Source: Candidatus Omnitrophota bacterium
Lineage (GTDB): Bacteria; Omnitrophota; Gorgyraeia; B26-G9
Direction of reading: 5' to 3'
Length of the DNA: 64,000 bases
Assembly: GCA_043814605.1 (NCBI GenBank)
Contig: JBDRJV010000022.1
Location: 149,305-213,304 of the forward strand
Shown: piece by piece, positions 33,514 to 43,723 of the stretch
How positions within the stretch are numbered: the first letter of the stretch is position 1
Layout: each line of letters starts with the position of its first letter
The notes under the pieces: model-generated
What the model saw: the letters and a program-made list of their open reading frames with translations, nothing else
Database searches by the model: none
What the model was told of the DNA's origin: nothing
Translations under genes and position numbers: made by a program

Positions 33514-34287
33514 TTATTTACCGGTAATTTTAATATTTTCAATTTTTAAATAAACTAAAATTCTGTTTGTCTGGTTATCTTTACTTTTAATATCCAGTTT
33601 TTTTAGCATATAGCTGTTATCTTTTTCTGATATCACCTGTAAAAATTTTCGCAAACTTTCAAAAGTTGTCTCTATTTTTAAAAATACAGGAATCGCTTCA
33701 AAAGTAATCCCCGAATTCTGTTCTTTTAGATTTTTATCCGGCGCATACACTATACTTTCATGCGTTAATTTTATTTCATTAACCGCAAAAACATCCCCGC
33801 ACAATAATTCATTGATGATTTCATTTACCATCACTAATTCCTGTAAAAGTAATCCCGTCTGATTTTGTTGCGGCAGAGAAACCTGATATTCTAAAAACCC
33901 AATAAGTTCCGGTAAAATAAGCTTTTTCTCCTCAGCTTTAATTTGCAATGAATCTTGTACTTCAAAAAGCTTTTGTTTAAAATAAAGCGGCGTTTGGCTA
34001 ACCGGCTCATCAATTACGGAAGATCTAAATTCTCGTTTAAGCGCTAAATATTCCTGTAAAATCTTCCGTTTCGCAAGTTTTTGCCGATCAACTGCCTGAT
34101 ACGGGAATTCCGTCAAAACTTTTTCATATTTTTGCAAATAATTTTCGGAGCTTAGTACTTTTTTATTTAATCGGGTATTTAAAACTAAAGTGCACAAACT
34201 CGCAATTACTAAGCAAATACAAATAACTGCGATCGCACCGGCGACAATAAACACCGTTTTAAATTTTTTCAAGAGTAATTTATCCAT
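33514..34287 (-). CDS. PilO-like protein with an N-terminal transmembrane helix; the assignment is mainly positional.
   Basis: 257 aa with a single N-terminal transmembrane helix and a periplasmic coiled-coil. It lies between pilMN and the pilP-like gene. Confidence 0.45.
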   Translation of the reverse strand: MDKLLLKKFKTVFIVAGAIAVICICLVIASLCTLVLNTRLNKKVLSSENYLQKYEKVLTEFPYQAVDRQKLAKRKILQEYLALKREFRSSVIDEPVSQTPLYFKQKLFEVQDSLQIKAEEKKLILPELIGFLEYQVSLPQQNQTGLLLQELVMVNEIINELLCGDVFAVNEIKLTHESIVYAPDKNLKEQNSGITFEAIPVFLKIETTFESLRKFLQVISEKDNSYMLKKLDIKSKDNQTNRILVYLKIENIKITGK

Positions 34288-34290
34288 TTT

Positions 34291-35922
34291 TTAATGTTTT
34301 AGCTGCACTTGGCTAAACTCTAATTCTAGAAAAAAAGAAAACTTGATCACTTTTTCGCTTATCTTACTAAGTTTATCCACTTTAATAGTTTTAATTAAGG
34401 GGTGTTTCTTTAAACTTTGATAAAAATCATCAATCACATTTAAATCCTGTTCTGTATTTGCTTCGAGTAAAACAGTATTATTCGCTAAATCCAGCTCCAG
34501 ACTGCTTGCCCAAATAGTTTTCGGCATTGATGCTGCTAAAAAATCAATTAAAGTAATTCCCGCATGTTTATTTTTTAGCTGAGACTGCATAATCTTTATA
34601 TCTCCCTGATATTTACTAATTGCCTGATTTAATTGAGTTATGTTGCGATCCGCCTCATTGTAAGCCTGAACAAATTGCTTCAGCTTCCCCTCATAACTCT
34701 TTAAAATACTGTATTTAGCGGTTAAAAATATTGTTGTGCTTAAAAATATTAATAATAGCAAGACCCCGGCAGCAAGAACATAAGGTATTTTTTCTCTTAC
34801 CAAATTAATCTTAAAATATTCAACGGGTAATAAATTAATATTTAAACTGCTTCGGCCATAACCCCTTAAGGCCAAACCAATGGCCGGGCCTAAAAATTCA
34901 TTTAGTTCTAAATCCAGTTTATGATGGATATCCAGAAGATTTAAAAAATCCACTTTCTCTACCGGCGCGGCTAAACTATTTTCAAAAAACTTATCAATAT
35001 TCTCAATTTTACTTACGCCTCCGGTAATTAACACTTTTTGGAAATTAATACTTAAAGAATATTGTGTCTTATAAAAATTAAGTGTTTTTACGATTTCATT
35101 TGTTAAATCTGTTAAAACACTTGTGACGACTTCAGCAATTTTTTGATCTAATTCATTAATTTGTGATTTTTGCCCGTAATAAAGCATTAACACTTTTGCT
35201 TTTTCTTTTTTTGTTTGCTCTGCCTGATTACGGTTAATTTCCAATTTTTTTGTGATTGCTTCGGTAATATCCTCACCCCCTAAAGGTAAACTCCGGGTCC
35301 AAATCCGGCCGGAATCAATCACAATAATATTTGTTGTTTTAGCTCCTAAATCCAATACTAAAGTTTGCTCTAAATCCGGATAGAAATTTTGCAAACAATT
35401 GTAGAGAGCTAAATTACTCACATCAATAAAATCTACAACTAAGCCTGATTCTTCTATACACTTAATTATTTGCGCTACTAATTCTTTTTTTACTGCCGCT
35501 AAAAGAACGGTTAATTGCTTTTTATCACGTGAATAAATTTGATGATCCCAAACAACTTCTTTAATCGGAAACGGCACTTGCTGCTGGGTTTCATACAATA
35601 CAATTTGCTTAAGCTTTTGAATGGGAGTAATCGGAATCTTGAGCATTCTGACAAAAGCAGATTGTCCGGCTATGGATATACCAATTTTGGTATTAATCAA
35701 ATTTTTATTTTTACGCAGGAATTTTTTTAAATAATAAGCTAGGTGAACAAACTGCTGTTTAGCCTCAACATTAGGATTTTCCGCATCATACACTTCATTT
35801 ACAGCATCTAATAAATGCAGGGAATCGCCTTTACTTTTGTCTAATAAGACAATCTTCAGCGAACTTGCCCCAATATCAATACCTAAAAATAAATTTTTCG
35901 ATAAATTTGATGAACCAGACAT
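34291..35922 (-). CDS. pilM: Fusion of the type IV pilus proteins PilM (actin-like ATPase fold) and PilN.
   Basis: The N-terminus LFLGIDIGASSLKIVLL is the PilM/FtsA-like actin fold. After about 350 aa there is a transmembrane helix (VLAAGVLLLLIFLSTTIFL) and a coiled-coil periplasmic domain typical of PilN. Confidence 0.75.
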   Translation of the reverse strand: MSGSSNLSKNLFLGIDIGASSLKIVLLDKSKGDSLHLLDAVNEVYDAENPNVEAKQQFVHLAYYLKKFLRKNKNLINTKIGISIAGQSAFVRMLKIPITPIQKLKQIVLYETQQQVPFPIKEVVWDHQIYSRDKKQLTVLLAAVKKELVAQIIKCIEESGLVVDFIDVSNLALYNCLQNFYPDLEQTLVLDLGAKTTNIIVIDSGRIWTRSLPLGGEDITEAITKKLEINRNQAEQTKKEKAKVLMLYYGQKSQINELDQKIAEVVTSVLTDLTNEIVKTLNFYKTQYSLSINFQKVLITGGVSKIENIDKFFENSLAAPVEKVDFLNLLDIHHKLDLELNEFLGPAIGLALRGYGRSSLNINLLPVEYFKINLVREKIPYVLAAGVLLLLIFLSTTIFLTAKYSILKSYEGKLKQFVQAYNEADRNITQLNQAISKYQGDIKIMQSQLKNKHAGITLIDFLAASMPKTIWASSLELDLANNTVLLEANTEQDLNVIDDFYQSLKKHPLIKTIKVDKLSKISEKVIKFSFFLELEFSQVQLKH

Positions 35923-36210
35923 AATTCTTCTTTAAATCTACATTCCTTGTTGATTTTTAATTTAGATATGCAATAATCTTAGGACAACTTTTGAATAATA
36001 TCCTTTTATTATTACTACCTTTCCCCTCCCTAGAAAAGGTGATTAATGAAGGTAAGACTTTTGATTGTACTTGCAGTGTAGAAAGTTATAAGTCGCTATA
36101 TTTATATATTATATAACATATTTATAAAGGTTTGTCAATATTTAGCTCAATAATTTTATACTCAAATTTAATATTTTTGTTCTTTTGAGATCATAACAGT
36201 ATTAATATCA

Positions 36211-37470
36211 TTAAGTTAAAGATTGGATTAAAGTAATTAAAGGCAAAAACATTGCTAAAACAATAATACCCACAACTACACCCATAATAATAACTAATAG
36301 TGGTTCAAGTAAAGCAGCTAACATATTAGTTGTAATTTCTACCTCTTCTTCATATGTATCCGCAACTTTAGAAAGCATACGGTCTAATGAACCGCTTTCT
36401 TCTCCCACACCAATCATATTAATCATTAACTCTGGAAATACTTCACTATTCTCAAGCACTGCAGAAATAAATCCCCCTTCGCGGACATTTTCTCCGATCG
36501 TGTTAACAGCCTGAGCCATAACCTCATTGCCACAAACTTGTTTAGTTAATTCTAAAGCCATTAATATCGGTACCCCGCCGCTAAGAAGAGTCGCTAGTGT
36601 TCGGGAAAACCGGGCAGAGGTTATTTTTTGAATCAACACTCCCATAACTGGTAAACGCAACATGATTTTATCATTAAAATAACGGAAAGAATAATTTTTT
36701 AATAATAGCTTATAACCGATAATAACTACGGTTGATATCCCCACAACAACATACCAGTACACCAGCAGTACATTACTTATTTTCATTAAAACCAAAGTTA
36801 AAAACGGCAAAACTACTCCGGTGTTTTCAAAAAGTTCCATAAACCGGGGAATCACAAAAACAACAATAAACCCTAAAATTCCCAGAGAAACTAAAAGCAC
36901 AAGACAGGGATAAACTAAAGCCGAACGGATTTTCTGTACTAATCTTAGGTTACGTTCCAAATAATCAGCCAACCGCTTAAGTACTTTATCTAAAGCTCCG
37001 CTAGTTTCCCCGGCTTTAACAATATTAATATATACTTTGGAAAATGATTCCGGATAATGAGCCAGTGCATTACTAAAAGACCGGCCAGACTCAATCATAT
37101 CGATAATATTTCCGATTACTGTTGCCATCATTTCAAACCTTGCTTGCTTTTTTAATGTCTGCAAGCCCCGGACTAAAGACAATCCGGCATCAAGCAGCAC
37201 AGAAAGCTGGCGGGTAAAAATTACTAAATCCTGTTGTTTAATTTTCCGCCGGCCTAAATTAAAAAAATTTATCTTATCCCAAAAATTCAAATTCACGCCA
37301 TCACTGGTTGATTTCTTTTTGTCTGCTTCGCTTGCTTTATTAATACTAACCGGATAAAGTTCTTTTTGTTTAATTTTAGTTAACGCTTCATTAAGCGTCG
37401 CGGCATCAATACTACCTCTTACTTCCTGCCCGTCTTTTTTAATTGCTGTGTAAATATATTTTTCCATCAA
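36211..37470 (-). CDS. pilC: Type IV pilus / T2SS inner-membrane platform protein (PilC/GspF family).
   Basis: Two T2SSF repeats, each followed by transmembrane helices. The N-terminal cytoplasmic domain begins YIYTAIKKDGQEVRGSIDAATLNEALTKIKQKEL. Confidence 0.9.
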   Translation of the reverse strand: MMEKYIYTAIKKDGQEVRGSIDAATLNEALTKIKQKELYPVSINKASEADKKKSTSDGVNLNFWDKINFFNLGRRKIKQQDLVIFTRQLSVLLDAGLSLVRGLQTLKKQARFEMMATVIGNIIDMIESGRSFSNALAHYPESFSKVYINIVKAGETSGALDKVLKRLADYLERNLRLVQKIRSALVYPCLVLLVSLGILGFIVVFVIPRFMELFENTGVVLPFLTLVLMKISNVLLVYWYVVVGISTVVIIGYKLLLKNYSFRYFNDKIMLRLPVMGVLIQKITSARFSRTLATLLSGGVPILMALELTKQVCGNEVMAQAVNTIGENVREGGFISAVLENSEVFPELMINMIGVGEESGSLDRMLSKVADTYEEEVEITTNMLAALLEPLLVIIMGVVVGIIVLAMFLPLITLIQSLT

Positions 37471-37488
37471 TTTTATATTTTTAGATTT

Positions 37489-39216
37489 TTATACATAACC
37501 TAAAGTAACATTCGCTAATTCCTCGATTGTCGTTTTCCCGGCAAATACTTTTAAAAGCCCATCATCGCGTAATGTCCGCATCCCATTTTTGATGGCTTGC
37601 TCTCTTAAACGCCCGACAGGAGCTTGATCTAAAATTAACGAACGCAAATCCTCATCTAAAACCAATAATTCAAAAATCCCAATTCTTCCTTTATAGCCTG
37701 TATTGCTGCATAAATTACAACCCCGGCCTTGATAAAATTTTTTATTCCCTAATTCCTTTAATCTTAGATCAAGCTCATCTAATTCTTTTTGCGCCGGGGT
37801 ATATTCATATTTACACTTATTACAAATACAGCGGACCAAACGCTGCGCCAGGATTGCCTCAACAGCAGAAGCAATTAAAAACGGCTCAACTCCCATATCC
37901 ACAAGCCGAGTTATCGCAGAAGGGGCATCATTTGTATGCAAGGTTGAGAAAACAAGGTGTCCGGTTAAGGAAGCATGGATTGCCATTTGCACAGTTTCTG
38001 CATCCCTAATTTCACCAACCATAATTACATCCGGATCTTGACGTAAAATATGACGCAAGGCAACGGGAAATGTAAGATTTATTTTTGGCCTGACCGAAAC
38101 CTGAATCAGGCCGGCTAAATCAAATTCCACCGGATCTTCAACCGTTATTATTTTTTGTTCAATTGTATTAATACTGCTCAGCGCAGAATATTGTGTTGTG
38201 GTTTTACCGCAGCCTGTGGGCCCGGTGCTTAAAATAATTCCGAAAGGTTTTTTAATTAAATTTTTTATTTTTTGCTTTATATCTGCTTCAAATCCTAATT
38301 CCTCGATAGACAGTTCCACTGTAGCTTTATCCAAAATACGAATGACCACGCTTTCCCCGAAAATCGTCGGTAATGTTGAAATTCTTAAATCTACCATTCT
38401 GCCGCCAATTCTGATTAAAGTCCTTCCATCTTGAGGCAGCCGTGTTTCCGCAATATTTAAATTTGTAATTACTTTAATGCGGGATGTAATTGCCCGATGC
38501 AATGATTTTGGCGGACAAACAATATCATAAAGCAATCCGTCTAAACGGTAACGGATCTTAAATTCATCTTGAAACGGTTCAAAGTGAATATCCGAAGCTT
38601 TATTGCGAATTGCCTGGATTAAAATAAAATTGATTAATTTAACAATCGGCAGCTGCGATGCCATCTCTTCAATGTTTTCAATCTTTTCTGTCTCATCAAT
38701 TAATTCCGGAACTGTTTCTTTAATCTCAGAAAAAATATCATCAACACTTTCGACTTCCTGAGCATAATATTTTTTTAATGTTTGAGAAATACTTGTAGGG
38801 GAAGCGATTTTTCCTTTTATGCTACAGTTAAACATAAACCTTAAATCATCAATAATACTAAAATTTAAAGGATCGGAAGTCGCCACTGTGAGGATGTTAT
38901 TTTTAAAACTAATCGGAACAATATTATAAAGACGCGCCACGGAACCAGGAACTTTATCTATAGCTTGGCGGTCAATGGAAATTTTTTCCAAATCCACAAT
39001 TTCCATTTTAGTTTGTACTCCTAGTGCCTTAAGCAGCTGGTTTTCATTAAGATAGCCAAGATTTACTAAAATTTGCCCTAAAGGCAAACCGCTCGTTTTT
39101 TGATTTTCCAGTCCTTCAGATAATGCCTCCGGGCTGATTAAACCTCTCTCTTTTAAGATATGTCCGATTGTTTTAAAACGAAAATTAGTTTCCATGTTCC
39201 ATGCCTCATGTTCCAA
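37489..39216 (-). CDS. pilB: Type IV pilus assembly (extension) ATPase PilB.
   Basis: An N-terminal GSPII_E domain is followed by the Walker A motif GPTGCGKTTT, the Asp and His boxes, and a tetracysteine zinc motif (CNKC...CNLC). Confidence 0.9.
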   Translation of the reverse strand: MEHEAWNMETNFRFKTIGHILKERGLISPEALSEGLENQKTSGLPLGQILVNLGYLNENQLLKALGVQTKMEIVDLEKISIDRQAIDKVPGSVARLYNIVPISFKNNILTVATSDPLNFSIIDDLRFMFNCSIKGKIASPTSISQTLKKYYAQEVESVDDIFSEIKETVPELIDETEKIENIEEMASQLPIVKLINFILIQAIRNKASDIHFEPFQDEFKIRYRLDGLLYDIVCPPKSLHRAITSRIKVITNLNIAETRLPQDGRTLIRIGGRMVDLRISTLPTIFGESVVIRILDKATVELSIEELGFEADIKQKIKNLIKKPFGIILSTGPTGCGKTTTQYSALSSINTIEQKIITVEDPVEFDLAGLIQVSVRPKINLTFPVALRHILRQDPDVIMVGEIRDAETVQMAIHASLTGHLVFSTLHTNDAPSAITRLVDMGVEPFLIASAVEAILAQRLVRCICNKCKYEYTPAQKELDELDLRLKELGNKKFYQGRGCNLCSNTGYKGRIGIFELLVLDEDLRSLILDQAPVGRLREQAIKNGMRTLRDDGLLKVFAGKTTIEELANVTLGYV

Positions 39217-39271
39217 GCTACAAGCTTCAGGATTTTTCTTGTGGCTTGCAACTTGGAGCTTGCTACCTGTT

Positions 39272-40336
39272 TTACCCTCTGCCTTGTACTTTTAATTTCA
39301 TTTGATCCGGATCAAATGCTTTTGAGATTGCATCCTCAGGACGAATTAAACCTTTAGAATACAATTCAAATAAAGACGAATCAAACGGTTTCATGCCGAA
39401 TTTAGCACCTGTTTGTAAATCAGATGTGATCCGATAAGTTTTTCTTTCGCGAATCAGGTTTTGAATTGATGGAGTGTTAATCATAATTTCGAATGCTCCC
39501 ACTCGGCCGCGGCCTGAGGCTTTAACAATAAGCTGTTGTGAAATCACCGCCAGAATAGAAGTGGAAAGCTGTGTTCTGATCTGCTCTTGTTGCTCATGCG
39601 GAAAAACATCAATAATCCTATCCACTGTAGATGCGGCACTGGTTGTGTGCAAAGTTGCCATAACTAAATGGCCTGTTTCTGCCGCAAGAATTGCCGCTTC
39701 AATTGTCGCTAAATCACGCATTTCTCCAACGAGAATAACATCGGGATTTTGTCTTAACCCTTTAATTAAAGCTTCACTAAAACTGGGCACATCCACCCCT
39801 AATTCACGCTGGGTAACAATCCCTTTTTTGTGGGTATGATAATATTCAATCGGGTCCTCAATTGTAATTATGTGACAATCCCGTTCTGTATTAATAAAAT
39901 CTGTTATTGTGGCCAGGGTTGTTGTTTTTCCTGAACCGGTTGGCCCGGTAACTAAAATTAATCCTCGCGGCCTGAATAATAACTCCCTGACCACCGGCGG
40001 TAAACCAATCTCTTCAAAGCTTAATAAATGCATAGGAATTAACCGCAGAGTCATTCCATAATGACCCTTTTGTTTATACACAGCCACACGGAATCGAGCA
40101 ACCTTTTCAAAAGCAAAGCCAAAATCAACTCCCCCGACTTCTTGAATCCGCCGCTGGTTTTCTGTACTGGTAATTGATTTCATTAATGTTTCTGTATCAG
40201 AGTGAGTCAGCGGATCATAATTTAAACTCATTAAGGTATTATCAATTCTTAAGGTCGGCGGTTTCCCCACAGTTAAATGCATATCCGATGCATTATGCTT
40301 TACGCACAATTGCAATAATTCTCCAATATCTGACAT
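39272..40336 (-). CDS. pilT: Twitching-motility (retraction) ATPase PilT.
   Basis: 354 aa, with no N-terminal GSPII_E domain. The motifs [24 protein letters not shown] and a C-terminal AIRNLIRE-like motif (SIQNLIRE) are present. Confidence 0.9.
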   Translation of the reverse strand: MSDIGELLQLCVKHNASDMHLTVGKPPTLRIDNTLMSLNYDPLTHSDTETLMKSITSTENQRRIQEVGGVDFGFAFEKVARFRVAVYKQKGHYGMTLRLIPMHLLSFEEIGLPPVVRELLFRPRGLILVTGPTGSGKTTTLATITDFINTERDCHIITIEDPIEYYHTHKKGIVTQRELGVDVPSFSEALIKGLRQNPDVILVGEMRDLATIEAAILAAETGHLVMATLHTTSAASTVDRIIDVFPHEQQEQIRTQLSTSILAVISQQLIVKASGRGRVGAFEIMINTPSIQNLIRERKTYRITSDLQTGAKFGMKPFDSSLFELYSKGLIRPEDAISKAFDPDQMKLKVQGRG

Positions 40337-40356
40337 AATTTACCCCCTTTTTCTTA

Positions 40357-40386
40357 AGTAGCGAGTAGCAAGTAGAGAGTAGAGAG
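40357..40386. repeat. Heptamer tandem repeat (AGTAGCG AGTAGCA AGTAGAG AGTAGAG) immediately upstream of the pilT ribosome-binding site.
   Basis: Seen directly. Its first 14 nt are the inverted complement of TGCTACTCGCTAC at 40537-40549. Confidence 0.8.
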
Positions 40387-40559
40387 AAAAAAGTTTTTCA
40401 CTTTTAAATGAAAACACAAGCAACCCTAATCTTACTTACAACTGCCCTCATATTTTTTAAATGAACTTAATATTCTAAACAATTAATTTGTTGCTTTTAT
40501 TCTTGCTCCTTGTTACTCGCTTGCGCCCGCAAGGGTGCTACTCGCTACCAATCAAATAA

Positions 40560-42209
40560 TCAATCCACATCACTCTGCGTTATTCTGACCATCTCCTGAA
40601 ACGAAGTAATCCCGGCTAATACTTTCTCTTGAGCATGTTCTTTTAAAGTCACCATGCCCATAGTTCTGGCTTTTTCACGGATTATATTACTGGGTACTTG
40701 TTCGTGAATTAACCGCCGCATTTGATCATTAAGGACAAGCAGCTCAAAAATCCCTGTACGCCCTAAATACCCAGTATGAGCACACAGGCTACAACCCGCA
40801 GCGCGATAAAGCTGTAGGGATTTAGATTGATCATTTACTTCCAGAATTCTGATTTCATCTTTATGCGCAATATACGGCTGTTTACAATCCGGACAAAGCA
40901 ACCGCACAAGTCTTTGGGCTAAAACTGCCTGTAACGTAGCCGAAACCATATACGGTTTTATGCCCATATCCACTAGCCGGGTTATTGCCGAAGGCGCATC
41001 ATTAGTATGCAATGTACTAAAAATTAAATGCCCGGTCAGGGCTGATTGCACAGAAATTTTAGCTGTTTCTAAATCGCGTATTTCCCCCACCATAATTATA
41101 TCCGGCGCTTGACGCAGCATTGAACGTAAAACCCGCGCAAAAGTTAATCCGATTTGGTTTTTTATCTGCACCTGGTTAATTCCGTTAATTTGATATTCAA
41201 CCGGATCTTCAGTTGTTAAAATTTTCTTTTTTGATCTATCCACACTACTTAACACTGCATACAAAGTAGTACTTTTCCCGGAACCGGTGGGCCCGGTAAT
41301 TAAAATAATCCCATTAGGTAAATTGATGATTTCATCAAAAATGCTGCGTTGTTTCGGTAAAAATCCTAATTCTTCCAAAGACATAATCCGTTTATCTAAA
41401 ATTCTCATTACTACACTTTCACCGTAATAAGCCGGCAGAGTAGAAATTCTTAAATCAAATTCTCGATTATCCACAACTGTCCTGATCCGGCCGTCTTGCG
41501 GTAAACGTTTTTCCGCAATATTCATCCCGGACATCAATTTTATCCGGCTAATAATTGAAGCTTGTAATTTTTTTTCCGGAGATTCAATCTCCCGTAAAAC
41601 TCCGTCAATTCTAAATCTAATTCTTAATTGATGATTCATCGGTTCGATATGGATATCACTTGCTCTACGTTTATAAGCATCAGAAATCAGCATATTTACT
41701 AAATGAATAACCGGAGCATCATTAATAACTTCTTGTTCGTTATCAAGATCTACGGAAGGGGAATCAATATCTGCCTGAATTGGATAATATTTTTCCAACA
41801 AATTATCCATTTTATGATTCGGGATTAATTCTGCTTCTAATGAAAACCCTAACGTTTTTTCAAAATATTCTAAAGACAAAAAATTTAACGGATTATCAAA
41901 AACAACCAGAATTTTCTCTCCATTTTTTGATAAAGGAAAGATCCTGTAACGATTAGCAAAAAAAGGATTGATTAATTCTTGTATTTCTGTACTTTGTGCG
42001 TATTCTTCGGGATTAACATAACTTAACCCCAATTCCTGGATAACTAAATCTTTTAAATTCTCATCACAATTTATATTTAGCTGTTGGAAAATATGATCAA
42101 TGCGTTCTTGTGAACGCTGTTGCGTTTGTTCTGCCTGCTGTAATTGCTCGCAGGTAATAACTCCCTTAGCCATTAATAATTCACTGATAAATTTTTGTTT
42201 ATTCGGCAT
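40560..42209 (-). CDS. Second PilB/GspE-family secretion ATPase.
   Basis: An N-terminal GSPII_E domain is followed by the Walker A motif GPTGSGKSTTL and a zinc motif (CPDC...CSLC). The start overlaps the tpiA stop by 11 nt. Confidence 0.85.
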   Translation of the reverse strand: MPNKQKFISELLMAKGVITCEQLQQAEQTQQRSQERIDHIFQQLNINCDENLKDLVIQELGLSYVNPEEYAQSTEIQELINPFFANRYRIFPLSKNGEKILVVFDNPLNFLSLEYFEKTLGFSLEAELIPNHKMDNLLEKYYPIQADIDSPSVDLDNEQEVINDAPVIHLVNMLISDAYKRRASDIHIEPMNHQLRIRFRIDGVLREIESPEKKLQASIISRIKLMSGMNIAEKRLPQDGRIRTVVDNREFDLRISTLPAYYGESVVMRILDKRIMSLEELGFLPKQRSIFDEIINLPNGIILITGPTGSGKSTTLYAVLSSVDRSKKKILTTEDPVEYQINGINQVQIKNQIGLTFARVLRSMLRQAPDIIMVGEIRDLETAKISVQSALTGHLIFSTLHTNDAPSAITRLVDMGIKPYMVSATLQAVLAQRLVRLLCPDCKQPYIAHKDEIRILEVNDQSKSLQLYRAAGCSLCAHTGYLGRTGIFELLVLNDQMRRLIHEQVPSNIIREKARTMGMVTLKEHAQEKVLAGITSFQEMVRITQSDVD

Positions 42210-42975
42210 CTTTTGTATCTTGTGTACAGGCTTGTACCAATTGGATAAAAGACTCAGCCTTTAAGCTAGCACCACCCACTAATGCCCCATCAATATCCGG
42301 CTGATTGATTAAAGTTTTAATATTTTCCGGGTTAACACTGCCCCCGTATTGAATCCTCAAATCATCGGCAATATCTTTACCAAAATTATCGGCAATTAGT
42401 TTTCTGATAAATTGATGTGCTTCCTGGGCTTGTTTCGGAGTAGCGTTTTGGCCTGTGCCAATTGCCCATACCGGTTCATAGGCAATAATAATATTTTCCA
42501 AATCATCAGCACTTAGTCCCTCTAACGCTCCCTGAACATGGTCACGGATTACGTCAAATGTTTTATTTGTCTGACGTTCTTCCAGTTTCTCCCCCACACA
42601 AACAATTGGTTTTAAACCAGCTTTTAAAGCAGCTTTAATTTTTTTGTTTACATTTTCATTAGTTTCTTTAAAAATATTACGCCGCTCAGAATGCCCGATG
42701 ATCACATATTCACAATGGACATCTTTCAACATAATGGGCGAAATCTCACCTGTAAAAGCACCTTTTTCTTCCCAAAAAAGATTCTGAGCTCCTAACTTAA
42801 CATTCGATCCATCAATCGCTTCATTAACACTATAAAGAGCTGTAAAAACAGGACAAACCAATATATCTACATCTTTAATATCTTTAAGCTCCATAGTTAA
42901 TTGTCGCACCAGGTCTAAAGCCTCGGTCACGGTTTTGTTCATTTTCCAGTTACCCGCAATAATTGGTATTCTCAT
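42199..42975 (-). CDS. tpiA: Triosephosphate isomerase.
   Basis: The N-terminus IIAGNWKMN and the motifs IGHSERR and AYEPVWAIGTG match the catalytic Lys, His and Glu signature of triosephosphate isomerase. Confidence 0.95.
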   Translation of the reverse strand: MRIPIIAGNWKMNKTVTEALDLVRQLTMELKDIKDVDILVCPVFTALYSVNEAIDGSNVKLGAQNLFWEEKGAFTGEISPIMLKDVHCEYVIIGHSERRNIFKETNENVNKKIKAALKAGLKPIVCVGEKLEERQTNKTFDVIRDHVQGALEGLSADDLENIIIAYEPVWAIGTGQNATPKQAQEAHQFIRKLIADNFGKDIADDLRIQYGGSVNPENIKTLINQPDIDGALVGGASLKAESFIQLVQACTQDTKDAE

Positions 42976-43032
42976 GTTTTTCCTTTCTTAATGCACATCA
43001 TTTATAGAGCATTAGCGGCATAAATGATCCAT

Positions 43033-43094
43033 GCAAATTAAGTCTCGCCATTGTCCACTTCTTTGAGTTTGCTTGGCGGACGAATTAAGTGTTG
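43033..43094. repeat. Single diverged copy of the 47-bp leader repeat (GCAAATTAAGTCTCGCCATTGTCCACTTCTTTGAGTTTGCTTGGCGG), followed by the ACGAATTAAG start of a second unit.
   Basis: It is about 90% identical to the tandem units at 18794-18988. It lies about 55 nt upstream of the tpiA start, between the pilin gene and tpiA. Confidence 0.85.
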
Positions 43095-43228
43095 AATCTT
43101 TTAGAATAAGATATCTGGTTTAAATAATTTAAGCTAATACTGCCTTAATCCTTCGACTCCCTCTGGCCGCTCAGAATAATTTCGATCATAAAACTTACAT
43201 CATTTTATTCGATAAGTTTTAATCTTAC

Positions 43229-43687
43229 TTACCAACTTTTTATATCATCACCTAATCCATTTTCATCAATTAAATTTGGCCCGCTGGACCAAATTCTATA
43301 AGGTGGCAAACTATCTAAATTATAATATAAATCATTTCCCCAAGAATCAATCACAGTTGCGTTCGGAATCGTGGCGTTTAAATCCTCTGGTTTAAAACTC
43401 AGATAAGGCCCGTTCCAATCACTAACACTTGAATATGTAGCGGAATCTGCTAATAAATTAACTAAATTTTGATTTCCGCTGCCGGGATAAGCCCCAAAAT
43501 CAACATGATATAAAGCCAAAGCTGTTTCTAAAGCAGCGATCATGGTCTTAGCCTGGTAAATCTTTGCCTTTTTACGGACTAAAGTTCCCCCCCGTGAAAC
43601 CAGCCCCATTAAAATACCTAGAACCGCAATAATAACTAGGATTTCCATAATTGTAAATCCTGATTTAAATATTTTATTATTTTGCAT
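43229..43687 (-). CDS. Prepilin-type pilin or pseudopilin (PilA/GspG-like).
   Basis: The class III signal KSGFTIMEILVIIAVLGIL has the G|F cleavage site and a Glu at +5. The C-terminal region resembles GspG (WNGPYL, DSWGN). Confidence 0.8.
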   Translation of the reverse strand: MQNNKIFKSGFTIMEILVIIAVLGILMGLVSRGGTLVRKKAKIYQAKTMIAALETALALYHVDFGAYPGSGNQNLVNLLADSATYSSVSDWNGPYLSFKPEDLNATIPNATVIDSWGNDLYYNLDSLPPYRIWSSGPNLIDENGLGDDIKSW

Positions 43688-43723
43688 TTTTAACCGATTA
43701 AAATAATTTTAAAATTAACCTCA

